From the NCBI GenBank assembly GCA_965207065.1, contig OZ242260.1, positions 1,056,001-1,120,000 on the forward strand: a DNA stretch of 64,000 bases, in the 5' to 3' direction. A program made the position numbers and the translations under genes. Of the stretch, positions 36,885 through 46,246 are shown in pieces. Numbering within the stretch: position 1 is the stretch's first letter; every line of letters starts with the position of its first letter. The notes beneath the pieces are model-generated. The model made no database searches. It saw only the letters and a list, made by a program, of their open reading frames with translations, and was not told the DNA's origin. This DNA is from a bacterium. Lineage in GTDB: Bacteria > UBA8248.

Positions 36885-38051
36885 GGGCAGTAGATCAGTT
36901 TGAATTTTTCCTCCAGTAGGATTCGCGAGCCTTTGGGGCCGGGGTCACCCACAGGGTTTGGTGGATATAGCACAAGTTGCAGTAAAGGTAGTGAAGGCTC
37001 ACCATGTTACAATCTAGCGATGTAAGCCGTTCCTGAACAAATGGAGTATGCGAACATGTCCTTGGCACTGTTCATCATCTCTGTGGTTTTGGGCGCGTTG
37101 TCGTTTATATCTTTCTTAGTCGGTCGCCGTAAGCCAACCAAGAGAGGGCAATGTATTTTATACGTCATTGCTGTCATTTCGTTTCTTGCAGCAATAACGT
37201 CGGGCGTGTTGAGTTACTGTGCCAGTATCGAGATCGAGGACCAACTACAACTGACCCGTAACCAAGCATCCGAAGCTAGTGTACAAGCAAATAGAGCCCA
37301 AGCGCAGATCACCGAAATCAGAACACCGAGGCGCATGGAGCCAGAAACCAAGCGCATGTTAGTCGCAAGGTTGAAGCCGTATGCGGGCCAGAAGTACGAC
37401 ATGAAGGTATTCAGAGACCAGGATTCCCTGGAACTGGCACAGGCTATGCAATCCATTTTGGAAGAAGCAGGATGGGTGTACACGAATGTGTACCCGAAAC
37501 ATGCAACACGACGTTACGCAGAGACACGCGACGACGGTGTTTGGCTAATATCGGGCAAGGAAGAAACGAAAAGGACCTCTGAAGCCAGGATGGCTCTACA
37601 TGGCGCACTGAACGAAGTCGGCCTGTACGATGACTCGACGGCTCTTACTCCCATCTCTTGTATCAAGAGTACCGTGCCAATCCAAGTAGGCTCCAAAATA
37701 ACGCGTGTCCCCTGCTCGGAGTCATCAATTCAATCCATCAAAGTTGTCTTCACAATCCGTGACGATGTCATCCCTGAGAATACGCTCGTACTACATATTG
37801 GCAAGAAACGACCGTAGTGGTTCAGACCAGAGCAACCTTGGCTTCGGCTACTGATTCCTGTACGACCTGAAAGGCAAGTTGGTTGCCGTCTCGCGGGCGT
37901 GAGGACTTCGGTCTTGGTGGTAGCGTGAGCGAACGGTTGTAGCATCAGCGGATCGGGTCAAGAAAACGGCCCACAAATCTTTCTTCTCGGCGAGCCCTGA
38001 CCGCGGGTCTGCGGGGGGCAGCGGACAGAATTTCAAACTGAACCACCACCC
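36885..38051. mobile_element. Non-autonomous inverted-repeat-bounded element carrying one gene
   Basis: GGGCAGTAGATCAGTTTGAA (36885-36904) vs reverse complement of 38032-38051, GGGTGGTGGTTCAGTTTGAA (16/20). Confidence 0.55.
37041..37817 (+). CDS. Hypothetical protein with two N-terminal TM helices
   Basis: 258 aa; AT-richer codon usage than neighbours. Confidence 0.75.
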   Translation: MEYANMSLALFIISVVLGALSFISFLVGRRKPTKRGQCILYVIAVISFLAAITSGVLSYCASIEIEDQLQLTRNQASEASVQANRAQAQITEIRTPRRMEPETKRMLVARLKPYAGQKYDMKVFRDQDSLELAQAMQSILEEAGWVYTNVYPKHATRRYAETRDDGVWLISGKEETKRTSEARMALHGALNEVGLYDDSTALTPISCIKSTVPIQVGSKITRVPCSESSIQSIKVVFTIRDDVIPENTLVLHIGKKRP

Positions 38052-38189
38052 CAAAAAGCCTCCCGTGCTCCGCTAATTTTTTTGTGCTATATTTTCCAAA
38101 CATCTCGTACATGAAATATCCGGTACGGGCACCATCCCGAAAGACGGTAGGCCCGCAAGGTTTTCTCAGACCAATGGGGGGAGATCGTC

Positions 38190-38660
38190 ATGATAGGTCC
38201 CATGCACCATTCCAGCAGAACGGTTTCGGACATCGAAAGGTCCATCGCGTTCTACCGCGACACCCTGGGCTTCGAAGTGGTGGAGGACATCTCCTCCGAC
38301 GAGGAGGGGATCCAGTACGCCTCGACCACGCCCGACAGCCGGCTTCGGATCGTCATGCTCCAGGCAGGGGGCGCGGTCGTGGAGCTCATCCAGTTCCTGA
38401 AACAGGAGGGGAAGTCCTACGACAATCCGCCGGCCTTGAACGACGTGGGCAGCAGCCACATCGCCTTCGAACCCGAAGACATGGACGCCGCCTATGAGGA
38501 ACTCGTGGCCAAGGGCGTGCGGTTCGCCACCCCGCCCCAGGTGACGTGGCGAGGCCCGGGCCGCTACTGGCGAGCCGCCATTTTCTACGATCCGGACGGC
38601 TTCGATCTGGCGCTGTTCAAAATGTATGAGGGAGAACCCGCCGAGGCCGTCTCCGGCTGA
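38190..38660 (+). CDS. VOC/glyoxalase family protein
   Basis: HSSRTVSDIERSIAFY, VELIQF, HIAF and DPDG motifs. Confidence 0.9.
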   Translation: MIGPMHHSSRTVSDIERSIAFYRDTLGFEVVEDISSDEEGIQYASTTPDSRLRIVMLQAGGAVVELIQFLKQEGKSYDNPPALNDVGSSHIAFEPEDMDAAYEELVAKGVRFATPPQVTWRGPGRYWRAAIFYDPDGFDLALFKMYEGEPAEAVSG

Positions 38661-38689
38661 GTCCGAAACCTTATGGAGGAAACGACGCC

Positions 38690-39463
38690 ATGATGCTAAG
38701 CGACCTGACCTGGATGGAAATTCGCGACATGCTTCCCGAAAACCCCGTCATCATCCAGCCCGTGGGCTCGACCGAACAGCACGGCCCCCACTTGCCGGTT
38801 CAGGTGGATATATCGAGTTCGTTTGAAGTCGCAAAGGCCGTCGGCGACCGGACGGGCTGCCTCGTCGCCCCGCCTCTTCCCTACGGCTACTCGGAGGTGT
38901 GGGAGAATTTCCCCGGCACCATCAGCTTCACTGCCGACACCTTCATGACGTGCGTCGCCGAGATCACCGAAAGCCTCGTGCGCAACGGCTTCAAGCGGAT
39001 TCTCTTCCTGAACGGCCACAACCCCAACCTGCCCCTGCTGCAGACCATGATGTTCAGGCTCATGGACCGCTACGGCCGGGATGGTGACAAACTCATCGTC
39101 GCCGGGAGTTACTTCATGGTGGACAAGGAAACCTGCGACGCCATCGGCGACAACTTCCGCGAGGGCACCCACGCGAACGAGTTCGAGACGTCCTTCATGA
39201 TGCACATCCGCCCGGGCATGGTGCACGTCGACAGGCTCGGAGACTGGGAGTACAAGCCCGAGCTGGTGCTCTCCTTCCAGCACGGGGTGACGTCGGTCGT
39301 GCGTTTGCCCGACAGCCGCGTGCACAACGGAGTTTACGGAGACCCGCGCCGGGCCACGCCGGAGAAGGGCCGCCAGTATTTCGAGGCCTGCGTGAACAAG
39401 GTGAGCGAGATAGTGGAGAACTTCAACCCGGATTACTTCGGGATTCAGGAGGTCTACACGTAG
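38690..39463 (+). CDS. Creatininase family amidohydrolase
   Basis: PVGSTEQHGPHLP..D, FPGTIS, LNGH and HANEFETS motifs. Confidence 0.92.
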   Translation: MMLSDLTWMEIRDMLPENPVIIQPVGSTEQHGPHLPVQVDISSSFEVAKAVGDRTGCLVAPPLPYGYSEVWENFPGTISFTADTFMTCVAEITESLVRNGFKRILFLNGHNPNLPLLQTMMFRLMDRYGRDGDKLIVAGSYFMVDKETCDAIGDNFREGTHANEFETSFMMHIRPGMVHVDRLGDWEYKPELVLSFQHGVTSVVRLPDSRVHNGVYGDPRRATPEKGRQYFEACVNKVSEIVENFNPDYFGIQEVYT

Positions 39464-39483
39464 GGCCGGGAAGTGTCGGGGGC

Positions 39484-40572
39484 TCAGATTGCCAGTTGGG
39501 TGTCGGCGTCGAAGAAGAAAAGTTTGTCCTCGCGCATCCCAACGCGGGTCTCATCCCCCATATCGACTCTGAAAGTCGAGTCGGTGCGCGCCATGATGGA
39601 TACGTCCTCGAAGGCGAGCTCCAGCACCTGATCCGCCCCGTATGGCTCCAGCAGCAGCACCTTGCTCAGGTGACCGTCCCCATCGCCTCCGGCGGCCGTC
39701 ACGACGACGTCCTCGGGGCGAATCCCCAGAATCACCTTCTCCCTCTCCTTCTCCTCCAGGCGCTTGCGAAGCTCCGGCGGCGGCTCAACGGCGAAATTCC
39801 CGTAGCGGAAACTCAGCCTCCCGTTTTCCTGCTCCAGGGCGCCGGGGATGAGGTTCATGGGAGGCGTGCCCACGAACTGCGCCACGAACGTGTTCGCCGG
39901 TTCGTGATAGACGGAATAGGGAGAGGCGTATTGCTGTAGCACGCCGTCTTTCAGGAGTGCTATCTCATCCGCCATGTTCAGCGCCTCCACCTGATCGTGG
40001 GTCACGTAAATCATGGTGGTCTCGAGACGGCGGTGTAGCTTTTTGAGCTCGGCGCGCATCTCGACCCTGAGCGCGGCGTCGAGATTCGAGAGCGGCTCAT
40101 CCATCAGAAACGCCCAGGGTTCGCGTACGATGGCCCGGCCAAGCGCCACCCGCTGGCGCTGACCGCCGGAGAGTTCGCGCGGTCTGCGGGCCAGAAGCTC
40201 CTCGATGTCGAGCGCCTCGGCCGCCCAGCGGACCTTCTCCTCGACTTCCGCCTTGGACATCTTCATCATCCGAAGCGGAAAGGCCAGATTGTCCCGCACC
40301 CGCAGGTGGGGATAGAGGGCGTAGCTCTGGAACACCATGGCCATGTTGCGTTTGTGGGCCGGAATGTGGCGGACGTCCACCCCGTCGATGAGAATCGCGC
40401 CCTCGGTGGGATCGAGCAGACCCGCGACCACGTTCAGAATGGTGGTCTTCCCGCACCCCGAAGGACCCAGGAGCACGACGAACCTGCCATCTTCGATCTC
40501 GAGGTCCACGTTGTCGACCGCGACCACCTCGCCGTAGTTCTTGCTCAGATTCTCCAAAACGACTTTCGCCAT
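39484..40572 (-). CDS. CUT1 ABC transporter ATP-binding protein
   Basis: GPSGCGKTT, VFQSYALYPH, LSGGQRQRVALGRA and YVTHDQ motifs. Confidence 0.93.
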   Translation of the reverse strand: MAKVVLENLSKNYGEVVAVDNVDLEIEDGRFVVLLGPSGCGKTTILNVVAGLLDPTEGAILIDGVDVRHIPAHKRNMAMVFQSYALYPHLRVRDNLAFPLRMMKMSKAEVEEKVRWAAEALDIEELLARRPRELSGGQRQRVALGRAIVREPWAFLMDEPLSNLDAALRVEMRAELKKLHRRLETTMIYVTHDQVEALNMADEIALLKDGVLQQYASPYSVYHEPANTFVAQFVGTPPMNLIPGALEQENGRLSFRYGNFAVEPPPELRKRLEEKEREKVILGIRPEDVVVTAAGGDGDGHLSKVLLLEPYGADQVLELAFEDVSIMARTDSTFRVDMGDETRVGMREDKLFFFDADTQLAI

Positions 40573-40598
40573 TCTCACGCGCTCCTATCTAAAACCGG

Positions 40599-41537
40599 CT
40601 AGCCCTTCACCGCCCCCGCCGTCAGCCCGCGCACGAAATAGCGCTGGAACATGAGGGCCAGGGCGACGGGAATCACGACGCAGGCGACGCCCGCGGCGTT
40701 CATCCGCGCGTAGCTCACCGAAAACTCGGAGACGAAATCGAGCAGCGTCACCGTGATGGGCCGGGTGTTCATCGTCTGTGTCAGGACGAGCGGGAAGAGG
40801 AACTCGTTCCAGCTCGTGAGGAACACGAACACCGCCGCCGTGACGATCGCAGGCGCAGACAGCGGCAGGATCACCCGCCAGAGCGTCTGGAAGCGGTTGC
40901 AGCCGTCCACGCGGGCGGCGCTTTCGATTTCCTGCGGCACCGTCTCGAAATAGGCGACCAGCACGAAGATCGCCAGGGGAAGCGAAATCGGAATGTAGGC
41001 CACGATGAGCCCCAAATAGGTATCCAGCAAACCCAGCCCGCGAATCATCAGGTAAAAGGGGACGATCAGCGACACTTCGGGCACGATGCGCGACGCCAGC
41101 ACGACGTAGAAAAGGGACTGCTTCCCCTTGAAGTAAAGACGCGCGAAGCCGTACGCTGCCAGACAGCCCAGGATGACGTTGATGATGGTGACGCCAAACG
41201 CTACGACGAAACTGTTCCACATCGAGGGCAGCACGTCGGCCGTGGGGAACGTGGAGTATCCGGCCATCTTCTTGTCGAAGGCGACGCTCGTATCGGCGGG
41301 TTTTCTGAGAATAATTTCCTCGAAGTTGCCCAGGTTGAGCGCAGGTGGAACCCAGTTGGGCGGAACCGACACCACGTCCTTTTCGAACTGAAGGCTCGAG
41401 TTCAACATCCAGTAGAAGGGAGAGATGGCGTAGAAGAGCATGACGGCGACGATCAGGTAGAGCGCGATTCGTCCCACGATGGCGGCCTGGCGGTATCTTT
41501 GAATCTCCTTGATGTCGGGAACGCTCGGGGCAGCCAT
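40599..41537 (-). CDS. CUT1 ABC transporter permease
   Basis: EIESAARVDG EAA loop; SWNEFLF; start ATG 41537. Confidence 0.9.
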   Translation of the reverse strand: MAAPSVPDIKEIQRYRQAAIVGRIALYLIVAVMLFYAISPFYWMLNSSLQFEKDVVSVPPNWVPPALNLGNFEEIILRKPADTSVAFDKKMAGYSTFPTADVLPSMWNSFVVAFGVTIINVILGCLAAYGFARLYFKGKQSLFYVVLASRIVPEVSLIVPFYLMIRGLGLLDTYLGLIVAYIPISLPLAIFVLVAYFETVPQEIESAARVDGCNRFQTLWRVILPLSAPAIVTAAVFVFLTSWNEFLFPLVLTQTMNTRPITVTLLDFVSEFSVSYARMNAAGVACVVIPVALALMFQRYFVRGLTAGAVKG

Positions 41538-41539
41538 AA

Positions 41540-42493
41540 TCAACTCTCCTGCGGCCTGTAGAGGATTTTGATGTAACCGATCGCCAGGATGAAGGTGGCG
41601 ATGGCGATGACGTAGGAAATCGACGCGCCGGAGCCGAACTGCAGGTTCCGGAAGGTCTCCACGTAGGTGTACCAGGAGACGAGCGCTGTCGCGTCGCCCG
41701 GCCCTCCCTCGGTGAGGATATAGACGAGGTCGAAGGTCTTGATGGAGATGATCGAGGAGTAGACCAGCACCAGCAGAAAGGCCAGCTTGAGCGCAGGCAG
41801 CGTGATGTGCCAGAACCGCCTCGACGCGCCGGCCTGGTCGATCTTGGCCGCGCTGTAGAGGTCCTCGGGTATCGCCTGCAGCGCCGTCAGGAACAAGACG
41901 GTGGCCAGGGGAACCTCCTTCCAGACGAAGGCGTTCACGAGGGTGTAGAGCGCGCGGTCGGGGTTGCTGAGCCATGTCTGGTATTTGTCGATGACGCCAA
42001 GGGCAACCAGAAGCCCGTTCAGTAACCCGTAGTCGGAATGGTATATCCACTCCCAGATGAGACCGTTTGCCACGTAGGGCACCGCCCAGGGGACGAGGAT
42101 GAGCGGCACCACCCACCTGCGCACGCCGGCGCCCAGTTCATTGAGCGCCAGGGAGAAGATGAGTCCGAGCAGGGCCACGGCGATCACCGACACCACGACG
42201 AAGACGATCGTGTTAATGAACGCGTTGTAAAAATCCTCGCTCTCCAGGAACATGACGTAGTTCTCGAAACCCACGAAGGGGTTTCTGTGGGGCCGCTTCA
42301 GGTTATAGACGTGGACGCTGACGTAGAACGAATGCAGGATGGGATAGATGTTGAGCAGCACCATCAGCAGCAGAGCCGGTCCTACGAAGAACATCGCAAT
42401 GCCGCCTTCGGTCTGCGTACGCCGGGCGAACCAGCCCTTCAGGCCCGCCTGCTCGGTGGGTTTTGCTCCTTCGACGGACAGGATATTCGCCAA
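41540..42493 (-). CDS. CUT1 ABC transporter permease
   Basis: FVGFENY, LQAIPEDLYSAAKID and TEGGPG motifs. Confidence 0.9.
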   Translation of the reverse strand: MANILSVEGAKPTEQAGLKGWFARRTQTEGGIAMFFVGPALLLMVLLNIYPILHSFYVSVHVYNLKRPHRNPFVGFENYVMFLESEDFYNAFINTIVFVVVSVIAVALLGLIFSLALNELGAGVRRWVVPLILVPWAVPYVANGLIWEWIYHSDYGLLNGLLVALGVIDKYQTWLSNPDRALYTLVNAFVWKEVPLATVLFLTALQAIPEDLYSAAKIDQAGASRRFWHITLPALKLAFLLVLVYSSIISIKTFDLVYILTEGGPGDATALVSWYTYVETFRNLQFGSGASISYVIAIATFILAIGYIKILYRPQES

Positions 42494-42509
42494 GGAAAAC
42501 CTCCATCGC

Positions 42510-42541
42510 GCCTCCCCCGGCAGTCCGCCGCCGGGGGAGGC
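42510..42541. other. Intercistronic 12-bp hairpin after the SBP gene
   Basis: GCCTCCCCCGGC/GCCGGGGGAGGC. Confidence 0.6.
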
Positions 42542-42553
42542 AATCGCTTGCGT

Positions 42554-43891
42554 CTAACCGTAACGCCTCTTCAGTCTGTTCCACTGCTTGGTCAGGGTCT
42601 TGAGCGTGCCGACGATGTCGGCCTGACCCAGGATCGCCTTGTGGACGCGCGGACGCATGTACTGATCCCACTCGGCGTACCAGACGGCCTTCTGCCCGTC
42701 CTTGGGCTTGCTGAGCGCCATCTGGCTCTCGAACAGTTTCGCCTCGCCCCAATTGTTCGCGGCCGAGATGATGTCGGGGTCCTTGAACAGCGGCGCATGG
42801 CCGAAGCCCAGGCCGAACTCGGTGAACCACTTCTTCGCGGTGCGGTAGGTGCCCGACTTGTCCTTGCCGCCCAGGAAGTCGACCATCTTCCAGGCCATCG
42901 CCTTGCGCGCGGGGTCCTTCGCGGCCGAGGCGGTCATGCTGTAGGCCCGCGTCCAGCCGCACACGTTGGGCTTGGCGTTGTTGGCGGTGGGAATGAGGGC
43001 CATCTTGACCTTGCCGGCCACCTTGGAGGATTTGGGCTCGTTCGCCGCCCGCAGCCGGTAGTTCGGCAGGATGGCGAAGCTGCCCGTGCCGCTGCTGAAG
43101 GCCTTGAGCGCGGCGACTTCGTTGAGCTCCAGGAAACCGGGCTGCGTGATCTTGTGCTTCTTGGCCGCGTCGATGATCCACTGGATCGACTGCGCCGCCG
43201 CGGAGCCTTCCTTGTCGTAGTTCATGACGTTGTACTTCTCGTCGACGAACCGCCCGCCCCGGCTGTACATCATGGTGAAGAGCAGCTCGCCCATCCAGAA
43301 ATCGGCTTTCAGGAACTGCAGGAAGGGATACTCCTGAATCCCCTTGCTCTTGATCTGGAGGCTCTGCTGGACCACTTCGTCCCAGGTCTTGGGAGGAGCG
43401 CCGATGCCCGCTTTCTCCAGATGCTCCTCGTTGTAGAGGAACGCCATGTGGCCCACGTAGTAGGGCAGGCCGTAGAGCTTGCCGTTATAGGTGAGCGCAT
43501 CGGCGGTCGGGCCGATGAATTCCTTGCGGTATTCGTCCACCCTCGGAAACTCGTCGATGGGGTAGAGCCAGCCCGCCTCCACGAACTCGGCGAGGTGCCC
43601 GTCGATCATGTAGATGACGTCGAGAGGGGTCTTGCCCGAGAACTTGACGACCAGGGCGTCGTGGTACTTGCTGCCCGGCGTGTTTCCGTAGTTGATCTTG
43701 ACCTTGGCGAGCTTCTCGAACTCGGCGATGCGCTGCTTCACGAAGCTGATCCCGTAGGTCCAGCTGTAGAAGTTGAGCTTTTTCACCATCGCCGCCGAGG
43801 GCGTCGCCTGCGAGACAGGCAAAGCCATGGCGGCCGTTCCGAGTGCGGCATTGCGAAGGAGTTTCCGACGACTCAAACCGAGTTCTTTCAT
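42554..43891 (-). CDS. Tat-exported extracellular solute-binding protein (CUT1)
   Basis: SRRKLL Tat signal; YNGKLYGLPY and PPKTWDE motifs; GGAGG RBS. Confidence 0.9.
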   Translation of the reverse strand: MKELGLSRRKLLRNAALGTAAMALPVSQATPSAAMVKKLNFYSWTYGISFVKQRIAEFEKLAKVKINYGNTPGSKYHDALVVKFSGKTPLDVIYMIDGHLAEFVEAGWLYPIDEFPRVDEYRKEFIGPTADALTYNGKLYGLPYYVGHMAFLYNEEHLEKAGIGAPPKTWDEVVQQSLQIKSKGIQEYPFLQFLKADFWMGELLFTMMYSRGGRFVDEKYNVMNYDKEGSAAAQSIQWIIDAAKKHKITQPGFLELNEVAALKAFSSGTGSFAILPNYRLRAANEPKSSKVAGKVKMALIPTANNAKPNVCGWTRAYSMTASAAKDPARKAMAWKMVDFLGGKDKSGTYRTAKKWFTEFGLGFGHAPLFKDPDIISAANNWGEAKLFESQMALSKPKDGQKAVWYAEWDQYMRPRVHKAILGQADIVGTLKTLTKQWNRLKRRYG

Positions 43892-44173
43892 GGTCAACCC
43901 TCCATCGTCGCCCAAGGAGAACTTGCGCTCCCCGTGGCACGGGCGATCCGCCATCGGGGGCAGAACCAAACCACAACGTCCATCAAGAGACCCTGGGCAG
44001 GGCCTCTCTGTTCACTCGGATTTCAGACGAAGAGATGGGAAGCGTGTTAACGGCAGGAGGCGAAACGGGGCAACAATCCCCTGGAGGCGACGATACCACC
44101 GGTTCGCGATTCCCACTCTCCGGCGTTCGATAAATCCTCAAACAACCTCAACTAACCTTACAAGTATGATGAA

Positions 44174-44202
44174 ATGCTAGCAGGGTTCCCCTGGGCTGTC
44201 AA
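44174..44202 (-). promoter_or_regulatory. Sigma70 promoter of the CUT1 ABC operon
   Basis: TTGACA-N17-TAGCAT on the minus strand. Confidence 0.6.
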
Positions 44203-44273
44203 TTTTCCGCGATTCAGGGGTACCCAGGTGTCCCGCTTCAAAGCAGGTCGTTATCCCCGGAGGTGACTCCTGT

Positions 44274-44666
44274 CTAGTTGCGCGAGACGAGCTCGATGCT
44301 GATGTCGTCCGGCCCTCTGATGAAGGCGATCTTCGTGCCCGGCCCGATCTCCCACGGGTCGCAGATGAAGTCGGCCCCTTTCGCGCGCAGGTCGGCCTCG
44401 GCCCTGTCCATGTCGTCGACGACGAGTCCGAAATGGTCCAGCCCGTAGCGCGGATCGCTCGTCGTGTGGACGGGGTTCTCGCCCTCCGCCCGGCCAGACA
44501 CCAGAAAGCTCATGCCGTTCAGATCGAACCTGAAAATGGGCGAGCCGCCCAGGTCGCCCTCTTCCATCACCTTCGCGCCAAACATCTCCTCCCAGAACTT
44601 TCGGGCGGCGTGGGGGTCTTCGCTTCGAAAGTGCAGGTGATCGTAACCGTAGGTGGGCATGGACAT
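44274..44666 (-). CDS. VOC/glyoxalase family protein
   Basis: DHLH, GLDHFGL and GPDDISIEL motifs. Confidence 0.88.
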   Translation of the reverse strand: MSMPTYGYDHLHFRSEDPHAARKFWEEMFGAKVMEEGDLGGSPIFRFDLNGMSFLVSGRAEGENPVHTTSDPRYGLDHFGLVVDDMDRAEADLRAKGADFICDPWEIGPGTKIAFIRGPDDISIELVSRN

Positions 44667-44749
44667 CGTATCCCCTCCAGAAAAAGTGAGCCGATAAAGA
44701 GGAATTTCTATCCTCTCGCCTGTCCGTCGAGCGTGTGAATATGGTGGAA

Positions 44750-44780
44750 ATTATAGTGGCGTTACCGGCGGGATTGTCAA
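44750..44780 (-). promoter_or_regulatory. Sigma70-like promoter of the VOC gene
   Basis: TTGACA-N19-TATAAT on the minus strand. Confidence 0.5.
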
Positions 44781-45053
44781 GAAGGGAGAATTGTGACTGA
44801 GGCGGAAATCTGTCTCAAGGCATGGATTGAGAATGCTCTGCGTTTCTTCAATATGACTACTTCGAGTGTATTCTCATTTCTGCCCCGTTCCTGTGGTAAT
44901 AGCTGAATTGATGTATTCCCGTAATGTCTTGGTCGCTGCTTTGGTCGCCACTCGCGTCTGGTCACTCCACTCGTGAAATGAGTTTCGAATCGCATCTCGC
45001 ACCACTATCAGACGCGTCTTGACTATCGCGCGCGTCTCGTCATCAAGAGCGCG

Positions 45054-45851
45054 TCAGACACGATTACCCGACACCCAGAAATATGCACTGCCGCCCACTA
45101 CCGCCAGAGGAATCAACACTGGGGCCCCTACAGTGAGTCCGACCGTGCTTGCAGCCGTTACCGCACCTGCCGTCGCAGCACCAGCCAACGCACCCATCGC
45201 GACCTTGGGTGCCCCTTCCTTCGCTGCTTGTTTCACTGTCTTGCGCTCGTTGACAATGTTAAGCGTCTCCACTGTCGTCGTCACCGGTAATTCTACAAGC
45301 GCTCCGATTACCCCACCCCTCGCAATCGTGATCAACATGATCTTTCCTCCACCCGCTATGCTCACCGCTGCGTTGTAGAGGCGAACTTTGGACTTATCCA
45401 TGAGGGTCATATCATTCGACCCACGTGCCAGGTTCCATTTCTTGGGTTCAAAGACCAAATTGGGTGGTTGGGCAGCCAACTCCGGATGATATTTCACAGA
45501 GCGAATGTGGCTCACATGATGCTTGTCGAGATATTCCAGCGTCGCCCCCTCACCAGCCAACCGGACTCCACCAGGCATCTTCGGGAACAGATCCTTCCCT
45601 TTGAGGTTGCCGGTGATGGCCCTTTGATTTATGTCCGACGCCCTCTGGCTTAGCTTCGTGGCAACTTTCGGCATCTCATCCAATCCTAGCGCGGTCGCTG
45701 CGCTCCTGACACTCGCAATCGACGCATGCGCCGCAGTGATTGCCCACTCCCACCAACCAACTGTTTCCGGTAGTGGCTGCGCAGCAGCCCGGCCCGCTCC
45801 GAAATATACGAGTAACGCAATCAGCAACAACTTCAGCGCCAGTTTCTTCAT
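45054..45851 (-). CDS. Exported hypothetical protein with HNH-like segment and Gly/Ala-rich hydrophobic tail; possible premature stop
   Basis: Signal peptide; HVSHIRSVKYHPELA..P.N..FE...N.ARG; frame stays open for 59 codons past the TGA, to 44874. Confidence 0.65.
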   Translation of the reverse strand: MKKLALKLLLIALLVYFGAGRAAAQPLPETVGWWEWAITAAHASIASVRSAATALGLDEMPKVATKLSQRASDINQRAITGNLKGKDLFPKMPGGVRLAGEGATLEYLDKHHVSHIRSVKYHPELAAQPPNLVFEPKKWNLARGSNDMTLMDKSKVRLYNAAVSIAGGGKIMLITIARGGVIGALVELPVTTTVETLNIVNERKTVKQAAKEGAPKVAMGALAGAATAGAVTAASTVGLTVGAPVLIPLAVVGGSAYFWVSGNRV

Positions 45852-45868
45852 TGTCGGACTAATTCCCC

Positions 45869-46246
45869 TCACCCTCCCGGCAGGATGACGTAGAGGTCCT
45901 CCCCGTCGACTTCCACGGGAAAGCGCTGGACTTTCCGCCTGCGGTTGGCGAGGCATTCCCCCGTTCTTACTTCGAACTCCCAGCCGTGCATGGGACACGC
46001 GACCACGTCCGCTTCATCGCGCGCGTAGTGTTCTTGCACCTTGCCGTCCTCCCCCACAGTAGCCGTGATCTCGCGGAAGAGGTTCCCTGAGCATACAGGG
46101 CCTTGCTGGTGGGGGCATTTGTCCTCCAGGGCAAAGAAACCGTCGCTCAGCCGGAAGATGCCGAGCTTGAGTCCGCCGAGTTCCATGCGAATCCGCTCGC
46201 CGGGGCCTATCTCGGACGCGCGCGCCGCCCAGAGCCGCCTCGCCAT
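45869..46246 (-). CDS. Rieske (2Fe-2S) ferredoxin
   Basis: CPHQQGP and CPMHGWEF ligand motifs. Confidence 0.92.
   Translation of the reverse strand: MARRLWAARASEIGPGERIRMELGGLKLGIFRLSDGFFALEDKCPHQQGPVCSGNLFREITATVGEDGKVQEHYARDEADVVACPMHGWEFEVRTGECLANRRRKVQRFPVEVDGEDLYVILPGG

Noticed and set aside
42038-44050. Long antisense or alternative-frame ORFs (also 18220-19635, 19618-20709, 28767-30212, 59080-60612, 61095-62318)
   Set aside because: Shadow ORFs expected from high-GC codon bias opposite well-supported genes; no motifs
44750-44780. MerR-type promoter (19-bp spacer, also at 4643)
   Set aside because: No dyad in either spacer and no merR gene nearby; other promoters here also have 18-bp spacers
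45054-45056. Second selenocysteine codon
   Set aside because: No redox-motif context; a Trp nonsense change is the simpler reading
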